Source: Antedon mediterranea
Lineage: Eukaryota > Animalia > Echinodermata
Direction: 5' to 3'
DNA: 64,000 nt
Assembly: GCF_964355755.1 (NCBI RefSeq)
Contig: NC_092671.1
Coordinates: 12,338,001-12,402,000, forward strand
Under the pieces are notes generated by a model, which did no database searches, was not told the DNA's origin, and was given only the letters and a program-made list of their open reading frames with translations. The stretch's first letter is position 1. Every line of letters begins with the position of its first letter. This document shows positions 50,044 through 64,000 of this stretch, piece after piece. The position numbers and the translations under genes are program-made.

Positions 50044-53000
50044 GTATGTCGAACATTTATTTTATCTAATTTAATAATTAATGATAAAAAACCGTGTGTA
50101 GAGTATTTTGAAATAAAAGTTTGCAGAATGAAAAAAAAAATTTTTTAACAAAAAGTCTGATGGGATTCGAACATGTGCCTTCTCACTGACTGTAGGCAAG
50201 GATATTAGTGTATTAGGTATTTATGTACAAAACCCAAAAATAATGATGCAGAAAAACTATTTTTAGTAGAGGTGTAAGACGCTGTATATCACCAGAAGTT
50301 ATCTACATCAAAGTACCCCAAAATTATACTTCTCACATACTTTTTGAAAAAGATTATTAATTTATTAGTTTGCTTATAGTAGCAAAGTAAAGTTAGTGAA
50401 ACCAACTGTACTGGTTGCCATGGTTTGATCAATGAACCGTAACCCACCTTTAAGTATTTCTAGATTCTGATTTATAGTAATGTTGTGTAACTTCATCCCT
50501 GTTGGAGTACATGTACAATTGTCATGTTGGACCATTACTGTACTACCCATTTGCACTATATTGTTTTAGAAAGTGACATTTTATGCTTCAAATCAACCTG
50601 AAAATTTGACATCATTATTATAAGTAATAAAGATAGCCTGTCAAAAGTAAATTGTGTGAAATTGTAGGTACTGTACTCAAACATCTTTGAATAGTTTGAG
50701 AGTCTATCTAATATATTATTCTTCTTTTTCTTGTATTTTTGCATTTTTATTTTTTTATACCATCGAGATGTTGTAATGGACAACACTGCATAATGAACAG
50801 AATTTAAAGACTATTAATTACTATTATGGCATATTCCTTTACAAGTAGTTTTGATATGTTGACTTTATGAGGACCTCTTAGATTGGAAGCCATGTTAAAA
50901 GAACACACAAGGAGAGCACTATCACATGAATACAGATATTAGTTCAGTTGTTGTTTACATCAAAGTATAGACTGTAATAATATCAGTATTCATTCATCAC
51001 TTGGTTAATTACTGTGATGTATCTTGCTAAATGAATACCAGGCGATTGGTCTCCATCAGTGCAGTCTGTTGCTTCGTGTTAATATCTTTCATTATTATTC
51101 ACTCAGACTAACTATCATTTTTCAATCAAGATAAATTAATTTCATCAGTGCTTTTACGTTTACAATTTATTCAATTTAGTCTCAATAAAGAAAACCTTTT
51201 GTATTTCAGTATTAATCAGTATACCTTATAATCTTTTGATTATGATTATTTATAACAATAAAACGCTTCCTTTGGTACACCCCTATTTAGGAGACACCCC
51301 TTTTCAGGGAACACCATTATTAAGGGGAAACTTTCCAGGGGCAATATAATTTATGTCTTTTGTCTCTACGGCCAAACCCTATTCAAGGGACAGTCCTATG
51401 AAGGGGACCCTTTGTAGGATCCCTTAATAGATGTTATACTGAATTGTATTAGGCCTATACATTATTGAATAAGTAAATCAATGCCTATTGCTTATTTGCA
51501 AATAATATACAGACTGATTTATATTTATTATTGAATTGGTACTTATACATTTTGAATGAGGTCATCATTTGCTTAAAATTTGTATTTTCAATTTGAGTAT
51601 GAATAGATAATTTTTTGTTTGTTTTGGGAATTAAACTTGAATAGATTGAGTACTGTAAGCATATTGGTTATTACATTTGTGAGGTCAGGGCATTGACCTA
51701 ATGTATTTTTTAGTGTCCCATCATTTCTTTTATTGGTCGATAAAACAAATACTTAAATGGTGTGAGGTGGAACTCATTAAAAAAATAATTGGATCAACTG
51801 TATTTGTTTCTTGGTGTCAAAATATGCATCAGTTAATCTAAAGAAGGAAAGAGATTTGATGACATTGTATTGGTAATGGCACTATCCCCAGATAAAATAA
51901 AATCTTATGGGGTCATGTGTGTAACATTACCTTTGTTTTCTGACGTCATTTAGAAAAATAAAGTTACGGTACTCAAGCCTACCATAATAATTCAATTCAC
52001 ATTTATTTTAGTCATCGTTCATAATACATTGCTGGCTAAAGATCTTGCACTTTAGAATTATGTTAGGCCATTTAACAAATTAATAATAATATTACAAACA
52101 ATATAAACAAAATAAATAGAAAAAGAAACAACATTCCTTTGTACAATTTAGTAATGTTCACCAATGTAAAAGGATAAATAATATTGCATTTACAAAAGAT
52201 AAACCTAAGAACCTGTAGACTGCTGAATATAAATTACTTTATTGGTAATAATTGATTAGTAAAATATCAAAATACATAAAATACATAAAATGTACATGCG
52301 TAGAAATGTTACATTACTAATGTAATAATGGATGTACATAAAAAACATATATAGCTAAGCTTATTAACATATAGAGGTTGCTGGGTTTTGAACATTAAAG
52401 ATGATTTACATCAGGTTTCATAATCAAAAACAAACATTGGCATTATAGGTAAGATTGATTGCTATCTATACATTAGCTACCATGCTTACATTTTCCAATA
52501 TTTGTACTCTATAATTTAGTGACCTGTTTTTATTATTAAAAAAAACCATAGTTCATTTATCTATGGCCAAGTTGAATGAATGAATGGATGATCGACAATT
52601 TTAATTGAATTTTATACTTAATAGTACTAAATGGAAAGCAATCATATTTGTTAGGTTAATTACACCAATTTCTTGTGTTTTCTTTCTTTTTACGTTTTGT
52701 TTGTATCAAATTCAATTACCATCTCCTAATTATTAACCCACAGTGAATTCCAAATGATTAGGCTGTAATCACTGACCTTTTATCCTAGCATGCACTGCGT
52801 GTTGATGAAACTTCCGGTACAACACGGTATCGTGATTTCTAGTATAACAGCAAACGTTAAGGTGGGTTGACCTCGGTCCGAACAACACGCTAAAAATTAA
52901 AGCCGTGTTTAAATTTAGGGTGTAGTATAAACACGACCTAAGTGTCTTTCTCACAAAAGTGGCTATAATAAAACCCACGCAAAGGATGGTATTCACTTGA

Positions 53001-53842
53001 TACACCATACTTAAAATCACGGTATTGCTATCCTTGTTAGATATTGTCAAGGAATACTCTTTATTATAATTTATAAATCTGATACCATACCAGCATGCTA
53101 CCGACATGGTCATTTATAATTGGTTTGGATTTTCATTTCACAGTTCTGTAAAAAAGGTGGTTCTAATCCTATGTTCAAATCTCCTAATCTATCTTAAATC
53201 GAAAAATACTTATGCTCCACCAACCAATTTTGGGTAAGTGCATGGAAAAGACCTCAAAGAGTCAAATGGAGGACATATTGTATAAAAGACATGTAAAAAT
53301 GATGATTTCTAATTAAGATGAACTTAGTTGCGACTTAGTTTATAAACATAATAAATATCCATCCTGTACCGTGAGTTACTTGCTCCTGTATGTGTATGAA
53401 ATAACAAATAAATAAAACAATTTGTAAATGGCAAAGGTGATCACTACTTTTTTTCTCAGTGATTAAAATATTCCCTGAATATTACATCTGTGTAAGGTAA
53501 AGAACGGTCATAGGTCAGCTCACCATTGGAAAATTGGAAAGGGATAAGCACTGCCCGTGGCTCCTTAGCATTGATTTTCAACTTTTAAGTCAACTATTAA
53601 TAGTATATAGATAATGGCTCTATCCCACGGGCTATTTAAATGGGATACTTTTAAGCAGTGACTAATGAATCTGGCTTAAGTTGGTTTATGATGTGCTACA
53701 CAGATAAATGAGATGCTTTGAATTCTAAAATAGTATTGTACTTTGTTATTGCATTTTCACCGCAAAACAAATTTTAATAATTAAATGACAATTATAGTAT
53801 TATAACAATGTGGAAAAATGTTTGTTAATATACAATTGGTAA

Positions 53843-54021
53843 AGCGTGGTTCCCACTAGCGACGTAACACAAGGACGTAACGCAACGCAAGTGAATTGAC
53901 CAATCACAAGCGATGGCTTATTCGCTTGTGATTGCTAACTGTCTATAACTTTGCTTGTCATTGGTTAAAACGCTTGCGTTGCGTTTACGTCCTTGCGTTA
54001 CGTTCTAGTGGGAACCAAGCT
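53843..54021. mobile_element. Harbinger-like MITE
   Basis: TIR agcgtggttcccactag / ctagtgggaaccaagct extending into a long palindromic body; TAA TSD both sides. Confidence 0.85.
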
Positions 54022-57000
54022 TAAGTCAAATTGTCCAATATAATAGAACCCATTCTTCTGGACACTGTTGTTAATTAAATACTATTTATATTCTATTTAT
54101 GGGACACTTTGTTGGGCCTGAAGTTGTCCCCTTAGTTCTACTATATTTTGAAAAATGTACAGTAAATTTACAGAAACTGTAACAAATTTTTTAGATGCAT
54201 TATATAATTTTATTTTTAAAACAAACAATTGAAAATTGTTTTTTAAATGGAGAAATAGATATTGCTAAATGTTGTTTCTTCAGAATCTTTTAGTTCAATA
54301 ACCAAGGAATCAAACACATCACTATATACTGTACGTCATTTGATTATTGTACTATAAACAGTTGTTAAACTTAAGTGTACTTATTTATTAATTGTAAAGC
54401 TTAAGATAAACAAAGTTTTCATATGAATAATATAATTATTAAATTATTCATACCTTAACATTATCAAATTACATAATTACCCAACTTGTATGAATACATA
54501 AACAATAGTATAATCACAAACGTCAGTAACCTGAAGTGAAATTAGCATCTAATGAAATCTGGAATTAGCCTTCTACTAAACCTTAATCCTGTGATTGTTT
54601 TCCTAAGTCCTTTACTTGCTCTTATCATAATTCTGTCAAACCAATATCCATAGTTTTACAACCTACTGTACTACTAAATTTGTCGTTTCAAATCTACTAT
54701 GGTAAGTAGTTGCAGTGAAGAGCTATTCTGCATTGAATTCTTTGTAACTTTCACCTTTTAAACTGTGATATTCCAAAATCGTAATAGTGGACTGTTAGCC
54801 TTTTTATTTTAAAAAAAAATAATTAGCAGAGATCCTTTATAAAATGAATAATTAAATGAGGAACATTATAAAAGCTTTTGACAAACCATGTAAAAAAAAA
54901 AATGCTTTTACAAGAATCTGGAGCATCTGGGGTAAATTTATGCACTTTCTGGCTATTTTTTTTTTCATGTGATTGAAACGGAAGATCACTCAAATTATCA
55001 GGAAATTCTTGCCAAAAAACAAAAAAAAATTAAGAGGTCTGGAATAAAATTTTATTCTTAAAAACTATAAAATTTAATCTTTTTAATCAGGTAAGTAGAT
55101 GATTAATGTTGAAATTACACCATTTATTTTTTCTGTTTTTGCTCATATGGGATATAGCCTATAAGTATAACTTCAGATCTTTTATCCTAAATAGTTGTAA
55201 CTTTTGTCGGCTATGAAATTCATATATAAAGAAGCATTAAAGGTAACATATTATTTCAACCTTAGTTTTATAGTTTATATTTATTTCAACCTTTGTTTAT
55301 AGTTTATATTTATTTTACATTACTAGAGTTCAAATACTGTAACACATTTGCTACGTTAAATATATCATTCATAGACAGGTTAATGTTATATTGTATGCAA
55401 AGCATTACAGACAAAATGTTATAAATCGCAGGAGTTTATTTTGGATTGTCTTTAGGACAACATTAATAAACGTAATGTAGACATTGTTTAAATGTGAATA
55501 TAGTAAAGTGATGTAGTAATGAGTTCAGGAGGATTTTAGGAAAGTAGAGACATTTCCAATTGTAAGACTACAATTTTTAAGTTAGGTTGCAATCAGGACG
55601 AAAGTGATAGATCATTCAAACTGTTGCTTGTGATTGGTCAAACAAGTATGTAGTATATTGTCCTTGTATTGCTCGTACTTGCGTTACATGTGATTTCTTT
55701 GCATTGCACGTTTGTCTGAAAACAAGCTTTATACCTCCCTGGGATTTTCATGGTTAACCACAGCCTGCACCATGGTGAATCATTAACTATTTCACTAATT
55801 AATCAGCTTTGGGGCTTTTTAGGATAGGAATTGGGTAAAATGTCATTGTGTCAGATTCATTTAATAAACATTTTATTCCAGTCTCCCACAAATGTATTAA
55901 TTTTTTCTTTATATTACAGGTGTATACACTTTAGTATTATATACCTCCATGGTAAATGCGGTACAGTTTCATAAAAGAGAACGTAATTCAATTTCAATTC
56001 AAATAAAAATAAATTTATCTCTCAAGAAAAAAAAATTAAATACTATAATAATGACAATATTTTATGTATAACAATGTAAATAAATAGTAAAATTCATATA
56101 AAAAGTAATTTTAAAGTAATTTTGTGCATAGATAATTTATTGGTTGGTTGTTGTGTCACCTAGTACTAAGTTATCTTAATATGGATACCACTTTAATACA
56201 CATTAGTGTCTGGTCCCTAATAGCAGTAAACATATTTCTTCCCAGAAAGTATATGACCATCAACCTGTTTACTCCCTGCAAAGAGTACCTTGTAGAGCAA
56301 GCCTTTTAAAATGTCATCTAGATATAAATCTTACATCGTACGCCTTGAATTTGGCATCTTCTTAGTGTCCTAAGAACATTTGCCTTGGATTTAAAAATCA
56401 ATGAAACTGTACATGTAACTACCTTCATGCAGATGTATTCTCAAATTCACAGTAGTTACACAGTAAAATGCAATACCAATAATATATGTATGGATACATT
56501 AGTGTTCATTACCTAAGGATACTCCAGTAATATCTGATTTACCATTCTGCTTATTCTTGGTAATATTTCTTTTTGAAAAACAGTATCAAACTAAAATTGT
56601 AAGTAACTTTTATATGCCACTCAAATTATATGCAAGCTCTTTAGGTAAATGTTTATCTTCTTAGCCATGTCATATTAGCCATTTTCGATTGAAGGCCCAC
56701 TACAAGTTTACTCAAAATGTTTTGTGTTCTCATCCAGGATATACCAATTGCTTGGGTAATGCCATCTCACATCTTCCCTGTTATCTTCAAGTCTCCATCT
56801 GATGACAGCTTTTCCCCATCTACCATCTGTCTGCTGTGCTAAATGAGCTCCCCCTTCACATTATGTTCACATAATAAGAGATACTGTTTCTGATTTGTTT
56901 AAAGATAACCTAGGAAATTAGAATAGCTTATTCAAAGTTAGATTTTCAATTTAGAAAAATTAAATGAAAAACTTCTTAATTTAACCACATATTTAGGCAA

Positions 57001-58189
57001 CTAGAGGATGTACAAAGATGGATTTGTTGCCAGGGGCTACATATACCCTTTAAAAAGCAGATAATTATTGGATATTGAGACACAAACGTACATGTCCATA
57101 TAAGAGACTATATCCTATACTTGTGCATGGAGGCCATGTCATGCCTCTTTTGTATGGTTTTCACTCGTTTCCACGCATCATATATCTATTCAAACTAAAA
57201 ACACCCCAATATTGATAATCCCATTGTTGATGATCCCAATGTTGACTAATATTACATAAGAGCATCTTCATTTCTTTGATATTTCCTAAGGCCATCTACG
57301 AATTAGTATTACGTCTTGTGTAATTACCTTTAGAATAAATCACCGGTGTTCTTCAATAGACTATTTGTAACACGATTCAGAACACACTAGACTACATACA
57401 TCCTGTTTGATTATAAATAATAGATGTTAATATCGGTAATTAAAAATTCATTAAGTATGAACATTATTATTATTGCTGTAGATTTCGTCTATAATTTCCT
57501 GATAGATTTTATGACCAGATGTATAAAGTAGGTTATAGATAAAGAATATTAATAAATGATAATTTAATTTATGTCAGTAATAAACCTAATAAATAAATTA
57601 CCACTAAAATATCTCAATTTTCTTGTTACAAATTCATTTTATTGTACAGTATTAACATTGGAATATTTTTTAAAGTAGAAACATTGCATATAATTACTGT
57701 AGAGAAATTTAATTTAATATTGTCAATAAATTCACTCACTCCTCAGGTAGCTCTTAATAAACTGCTTAATCCTCTTAAAATTGTTACAAACAAGTCTTAT
57801 GGGACCAATCCATCTATATATAAAGAACCAATTTTATTGTAAAAGCAGAATTGTATGGCCTTACTTAAACCAGTTGTATGTACTGTATTAAATCATGCGT
57901 TCAGGAGACAGGTCGTTAAACTTGATACCAGTGAAGTTGATTAACTTACGTCTCAGGAATGAGTTTGTTAATTAGATTCCATCAGTTTTAATATCATCCC
58001 TTTGAATGTTTCGCAAAACTGTTTCATTCAAGTGTAGAGGGTTGCCATTTGTAGGTTTATATTCGTATTAAAAAGATGTTGATTTGGTTGCAAACTCTGC
58101 GCCAGTGATCATAATAATGAGGACAGTAGAGGAAGTAAACAATAATTTAGCAAACCGTGACCGTGTATTCCGTCCATTAAATTTTGGGC

Positions 58190-58678
58190 CGATTTGGGAC
58201 AATGGTCCCAATTCTGGACCACTTTTTTATATACTTTTCCGATCTGCTAGTATTAAAAGATAGGACAGAATTTTTCAAAAGCCGGCGAGCAGTCTTAAAG
58301 TAACAAGTAAACTGAAATTGCATTTTCTCAAGAACTACTTTTATAATTTATGATTTGTAATTTTAAAATATAATTTCATTTAATGTTCACCTTTTTTGAT
58401 GCGAGTAGTTTAAAAACCTATTTCTTTTCAAATTCACTCGTTTGATTTTCGCGTTGCTGTTCTATTGTTAGTTCACTGAAGCTATTGTTAATTGAAAGGC
58501 TTGTTACATAACTATTACTCCAAACTCGCATACACATGCTTGTAGTGAAATTAGCCTAAATCACAAACAGCATTAATACACACAAATATATATATATATA
58601 TTATATTTTCCCGGAGAAATCTTATGTAGGAGAATTTTATAGTAGGTGGAGGTATGCACTCTCGGAGTGGCTTTCTAG
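58190..58678 (+). mobile_element. 5'-truncated Helitron/Helentron-like element, sister of 13273-15862
   Basis: Reverse-complement match to 13273-13705 plus 15642-15735; ends gcactctcggagtggctttCTAG|T. Confidence 0.85.
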
Positions 58679-60154
58679 TTCTATATTGAACACTTTTTAT
58701 CAAAGTAGGGAATCTTTTGATAGGTAATTATGCTTATCCTTGTTCTAAGACAATTTTACAGCTTTGCACATTGTCACAATAGTTATATTGTATCCGTATT
58801 CCCAATGATATATGGTACTAAATATGAAACCTTTGAGGTTTTTCTAGACAAAGAAATCTCTGTTTTCACCAATTAACCTTTATCCATTCACCAACCCTAA
58901 TTTGTTTCACTTTATCATTATATTGATTGTTATTTCGTTTTCTCCTGACAATTTGTTTTTGTTGGATGATAGTTATACATTACCTGCGAATAGGTTTGCA
59001 TTTGTGTTTGTCGACAAAGACTTTCAGTTGTAGCATAATAGATGTTAATTGTGTAACTTTATAAAAGTAAGTGGATAATGATTTTAATTGTTACTCTTAA
59101 TCAAATCGGTTTCTGGATTCAGGGTAGTTTAGATTGTAACAATGAAACATTTATGTAACAAATATATATTCTTGGCAATGCATCGGACCTTGTTTGAACT
59201 ACTGTATTTCATTTATGAAAACTATTACATTGATTGACCTTTCCACCTAAGTTACTGTAAATGTTTGTTTTACAATAGAACCCCTTCTTTTTGATACCTT
59301 TGGGGAACTTCCTTATTCAGGAAACACCCATATTCAGGGGACATCCCTATTAAGGGGACATTCCTATTAAGGGGGACACCCCCAATAAAGAAACAATCAT
59401 ATTAAGGGGGACACCTTTTATAAGAGAACACTATCCTTTGAAATGAACTTGGAGAATTTTAACTCTACAGCCATCTAATATTCAGCAGACAGGGTTAAGT
59501 TTATATTAAGGGCACATACAAAATAAAGTCATTTTTAATAAGCTGGCAAAACACACTTTATACAAAATAAATGAATATATGGTAGTGTATTCACATGACT
59601 CCTACTACCAGCTGTCTGTAACTTAACTATTTTCATCTTGGTCCCAAAACAAACATTTGACAAAAAATACCAATTATTGATGAATATACCAGTATGACAG
59701 TAACTTCACCTGTTAAAAAGTCCATGAACTTGCATAAACTATCATAAGTACTTCCTTTTACTTCATACCACAGAACATTTTCAGACATATAAAAGTAGAA
59801 TTTTAAGTTTTACAGATGGTGTTTGTACCCACCAGTGGTTTTTGTGTTGCATTTATCATCCAATAGTGAAATGTGGTTTTATTCAGTTGATATAGATAGC
59901 TGCTAATATAATGTCTGGTCACTTTTTAGTAGTCTATAGTCAAGTCTAGTGTAAGTTTGTCCTGATACATTGGTATATTAATAATTGGATTGTCTAAATG
60001 GGTTTTTATGTTTTAATATAAAGTTGAGGAAGTTCTAGATCAATGAAGAAGGTGAGTTTGTTTATTTAGGTCCTTGTATGAAATTAAAATTCCTTTGTTG
60101 AGCACATTATAAATTGCTATATGTTTTTCACTATTTTTATCTTTAATGTAGTCA

Positions 60155-60273
60155 AGCTGTAGCCTGGTGGTTATAACATGCTTGCCTAAAATCCCAATGT
60201 CTACGATTCCGATTCCGTACTAGCCAGTGGCAGAGTTGTAACTCACAACTGTCTCTACTTCATTACCTCAAAT
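60155..60273 (+). mobile_element. Diverged tRNA-derived SINE head
   Basis: Shares aacatgcttgcct..aatcccaatgtc..gttgtaac..ctctacttc..cctcaaat with 37065-37190. Confidence 0.55.
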
Positions 60274-63200
60274 GAAACTTATATAAGCACAAAGTTTGTA
60301 AAAAAAATTTGAGTAGAGTTACCTAAAATTTGAAAAGACATAGAAAAAATTAAATGTTATAGGCAACATTCGGCGATTGAGTCTTAATAAGCATAATGAA
60401 TTAAATATATTACAAGAAATTTGCTGAAATATAAAGCTTGCTTTTGTATATACTACGTTTTAAAAGCTCTCGTCCATTTGTAAATTAATTTTTGTTATCA
60501 TAAAAGATGGATTTTGAGGATAGATCTTTAAATTCCAAGTACTTTTTACGAGCTATTTTCATGTTAACAAAACCTAAAATTAATGAGGTAATATGTAAAA
60601 ACAGGGAAATTGTTATATTTTGATGAAGGAGTCAGTGTCACCTACATTTGATGGGAATAATGTTAGAAAGAGATGATAACCTATATGTATTGAATTTAAA
60701 TAAGCAACATTAAATCAGCACTCACTTTGCCTATGACAAACACGCCAAACGTTCATGAGGTTTACCAAATAAAGAAATTTAATTGAATCTCCAGAATAGA
60801 TTATTCTATAAAACAAAAGAGTTCATATCCAGAGGTAGATCTAGGGGAAGTGTGTGTCCCTGTTGACAGCTAAAGTGAAATTATGAACTGCTTTTTAATA
60901 TCTATTTATTTGTTTACTATGTTAGCGCTCCCATGTTTAAAATATTATCGATCGGCTCCTCTATTTAAAAACCCTGTTTCGCCCAGTTCTCCTGAAATAG
61001 ATAGGATACACTCCAAAAAGTACATTCATAAAGATAACCATTTACTTTTCCTCTCCAAACCCACAAATTTTTTCATGCTTTATAGCAAGAAGACAAAGTA
61101 ATAACAAGATTTTTGAAATACCGTGTATCTATATCAAATCAATAGAAATCAAAAAAGTCTGTTATCTAGCAGACAATCCCTCTATTTTAGGTCACAGCAG
61201 CAGCATGTCTTAATTAGTTTTATTTAACCTATTGACTACCTACAAAGTGTGTAAATTTATCTACTAAGGTATTTTGCGTTTGGCTCTCTGATCATATTGT
61301 GGCACGTGCTTCATATAGGTTTACTGTCCCCTGAAGCAAGTTGTGTCGCATCAACATTCTGTGGTATATAAACAAATATTTTTAATTTTTAAAAGGGTTT
61401 ATTTCCTTTATAATTAAAAAACACTATATTTGTATCAGTATCTCTTATCTCTTTCAATATTTCTTATCTTCCAATTAAGTATATTATACTATATTAATAT
61501 TTGTGACACTATGGCTACATATTCAGCCTTTGGGTTAGATGTATACAGTAGTAAAGATATTTTCGTATTTATGTATAAATTTCATATTTTTTCCATGATT
61601 TTTTGGTTACAAAAAAAAGTTAATGAATCATGAATATTAATTAATTTATTCATGAATATTAATGAGCCATTTGAAGGCGACTGGAATCTTGCACTGTCTT
61701 GTTATGGATGAGAATAATTAAAGCTTGTGAAACTTGCCTCATAAATCCCATTTTGTATGTTTTGTCCATCCCGTATTGTTGTCTCGCTTATCACATTGAA
61801 TATTCCCATCATCTCATCTAATTGCACATTATTCAACATCAATCTTGTATAATATTTTATCGTAAATTGATCAAGAAAGAAATTTTCTTTAAATTGAAAA
61901 GGAAATACTCGATTATAGGCTAATTCATTAATATTTTAACTTTTAATTACTACAATGTCCCTAGTGATTAGTCTAACTGTAAAAACATATTAGATAAAAA
62001 GAGTAAATTATAAAATAATCTATGGTGGTAAAAAAGTTACTTTTTATGACAATTATTTATGACAAAATTAAATATTATAAGATGAATTTTTTGTTGTATA
62101 ATTTATTACTGTATGATTTTAATTGGATGATTATAGTATTGAATATTACTATTATTGTTTTTGCGTAAGTAAATTTTCTATTGTGCAAATTTGTGTTCAT
62201 AAAAATAATTCATTTAAAAACGTAGAGGATCTAATCTGTTAACGAAGACACTTGTTGAATAACGTTATATTAAATAATGACAATGACCTTGTCGGTATGC
62301 TTGTACCCATCCTAAGCAGTAACCGATGTAACCAAGCACACCTCATTACATCTATTGTATCACGGCATCACACAACAGATATCCTCTTTGTCTTCCATTA
62401 GCAGAAGCAAGTTTTTACAGTCGTATCTTATGAATGATTATTGTGTATTTACACCTTTTGTGATGTGAATTGGAAGAGATACTTGTATTTGGAATTTTAC
62501 AAGCTGTTTGGATATAGACTCGTATGTATTTTGTTTATAGCGTGTTCTTGAAACACCTAGAATATATCAGAATATAATGTTTGGAATGTAAAACCTTTAG
62601 GATCTATGAGATGAACATGACTATACTGAGATATTTGCGGATCTTATGCCTACATTTGTAATACAGGTATTTCTTGAAAAGTAAAACTGTTTCATTTCAA
62701 CAAAAACATGTTTAGTCTTTTCAAAACAAACTAGTGACTAGAGTGTCTTGTTAGACAAATCTTTTAGAATTAGTAATTTAAAAAAAGGATGTGTTTTGAG
62801 TACTGTAGTCATAGACTTTCTATTCTATCTAGTCTAGATATATGATTTAAATTACCAAATGTTAATAAATGTTACTAACAATAAATGGGCATTAAACCCA
62901 GATACATACATATGCAACAGTAATAATAATGATAAATCTATATTTTCTTAATATAAATAATAATAAACTTTATAGAACAGATCTGAAGCCTAGTTAAAAT
63001 TGTCTTGGGAATAATATTGTGGAAAGTTTAATTGGATTTCAATTCAACATTTACATTAATGTTAATTTTGAGCCAAATCCTTACTGTTAATGTAAGGTAA
63101 CAAAATGTTGAATGAATACATAATCTTACATCAAAATGACATTTTTGGAAATGTTGTTATGGTTCTTCTGATTTTCTTTCCAGAGGTACGTTTTGTATAC

Positions 63201-64000
63201 AGTTAAATCTAGTACAATCTGTGTGTATTTTACTGAAATCAAATTTACTCGGTTGCAGTATAAATTTATCAGCCTCACTTAAAATGTCGTTTCGTAGACT
63301 TAGCTTATATTAATTTATTTTACAATAATAGCAGTGCTTAAGTAATAACCTGATTCTGTCGCATACATTTCATAAGTAAATAAAACAAAATAAAACCATT
63401 AATTTATATATTGTTATATATATTTCAGTTGTGATGAATTGATTTAAAATCCATAACTTACCTTTTGTAGTTATTTTAGACTGCGTATCAAATTCAGAAA
63501 TTCTAATAATAATAATCAATTATGTATGTTATATTGATTATTATTGACCACCAATTTATTTGGTGCAAGTTACAATTTTTTTGTGTAGAACCTTATTTTA
63601 ATTATAAATTAGTATTTCTTTATCCTATATATTCATATTTACAGTTTAATACTTAGTATGTAGTAGATATACAGTATACCTTAAAAAACATGAAATGTTG
63701 TATTTGGCAATTTTGGTCAAAAATTAACTGTCTCTTGTTCCAAAAAAAAAAAATACTTTGTGACCCAAACAACCAACCCACCCCTCTTGATTCCCAGTTT
63801 AACTTTTTTTTACTAGTTTGCATTATACTACAATTTCATCTTACAAACCACACTATAGATTTAAATTCTATTCTCAGTTAATTTTCAATTTAATTTCATT
63901 CATTCTTTAGGGAAGAGTAAATTGAATTTGTGGAAAAAACCCCAGAGCATTCATTTAAATAGTTTGAAGCGTGACTGGTTTGCAATGGGAACAAGCATAT

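Noticed and set aside
50374-50786. Two abutting minus-strand ORFs
   Set aside because: AT-rich low-complexity translation without motifs or convincing splice sites.
50044-64000. Expected next Trio exon (NTYTNADKLL-like)
   Set aside because: No matching exon found by eye; it is presumed to lie beyond the window, though a diverged exon could have been missed.

Overview
AT-rich, intron-rich animal genomic DNA. The repeat inventory and gene structure suggest an invertebrate deuterostome such as an echinoderm, which is inference only. Two spliced genes lie head-to-head about 1 kb apart. (1) On the minus strand is the 5' part of an uncharacterised ankyrin-repeat gene: ATG at 3506 and 9 coding exons, all phase 0, running off the left edge. 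(2) On the plus strand is the 5' part of a Trio/Kalirin RhoGEF gene: ATG at 6652 and 12 constitutive exons to 50043, encoding the Sec14/CRAL-TRIO domain and the first spectrin repeats, continuing beyond the window. The introns hold many non-autonomous mobile elements: PIF/Harbinger-, hAT- and Tc1/pogo-type MITEs, Helitron/Helentron-like elements and tRNA-derived SINEs, several of them nested. The leading observations are: a candidate 48-nt Trio microexon with Rbfox/UGC motifs, whose donor is complementary (16/17 nt) to the acceptor region of the next exon 1.8 kb away; Penelope-derived minimal hammerhead ribozymes in the bidirectional promoter and in an intron; a direct Tc1/mariner excision footprint; hAT-like elements with 5- and 6-bp TSDs; and candidate recursive splice sites and a nested antisense exon. 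All calls were made by eye without database searches.
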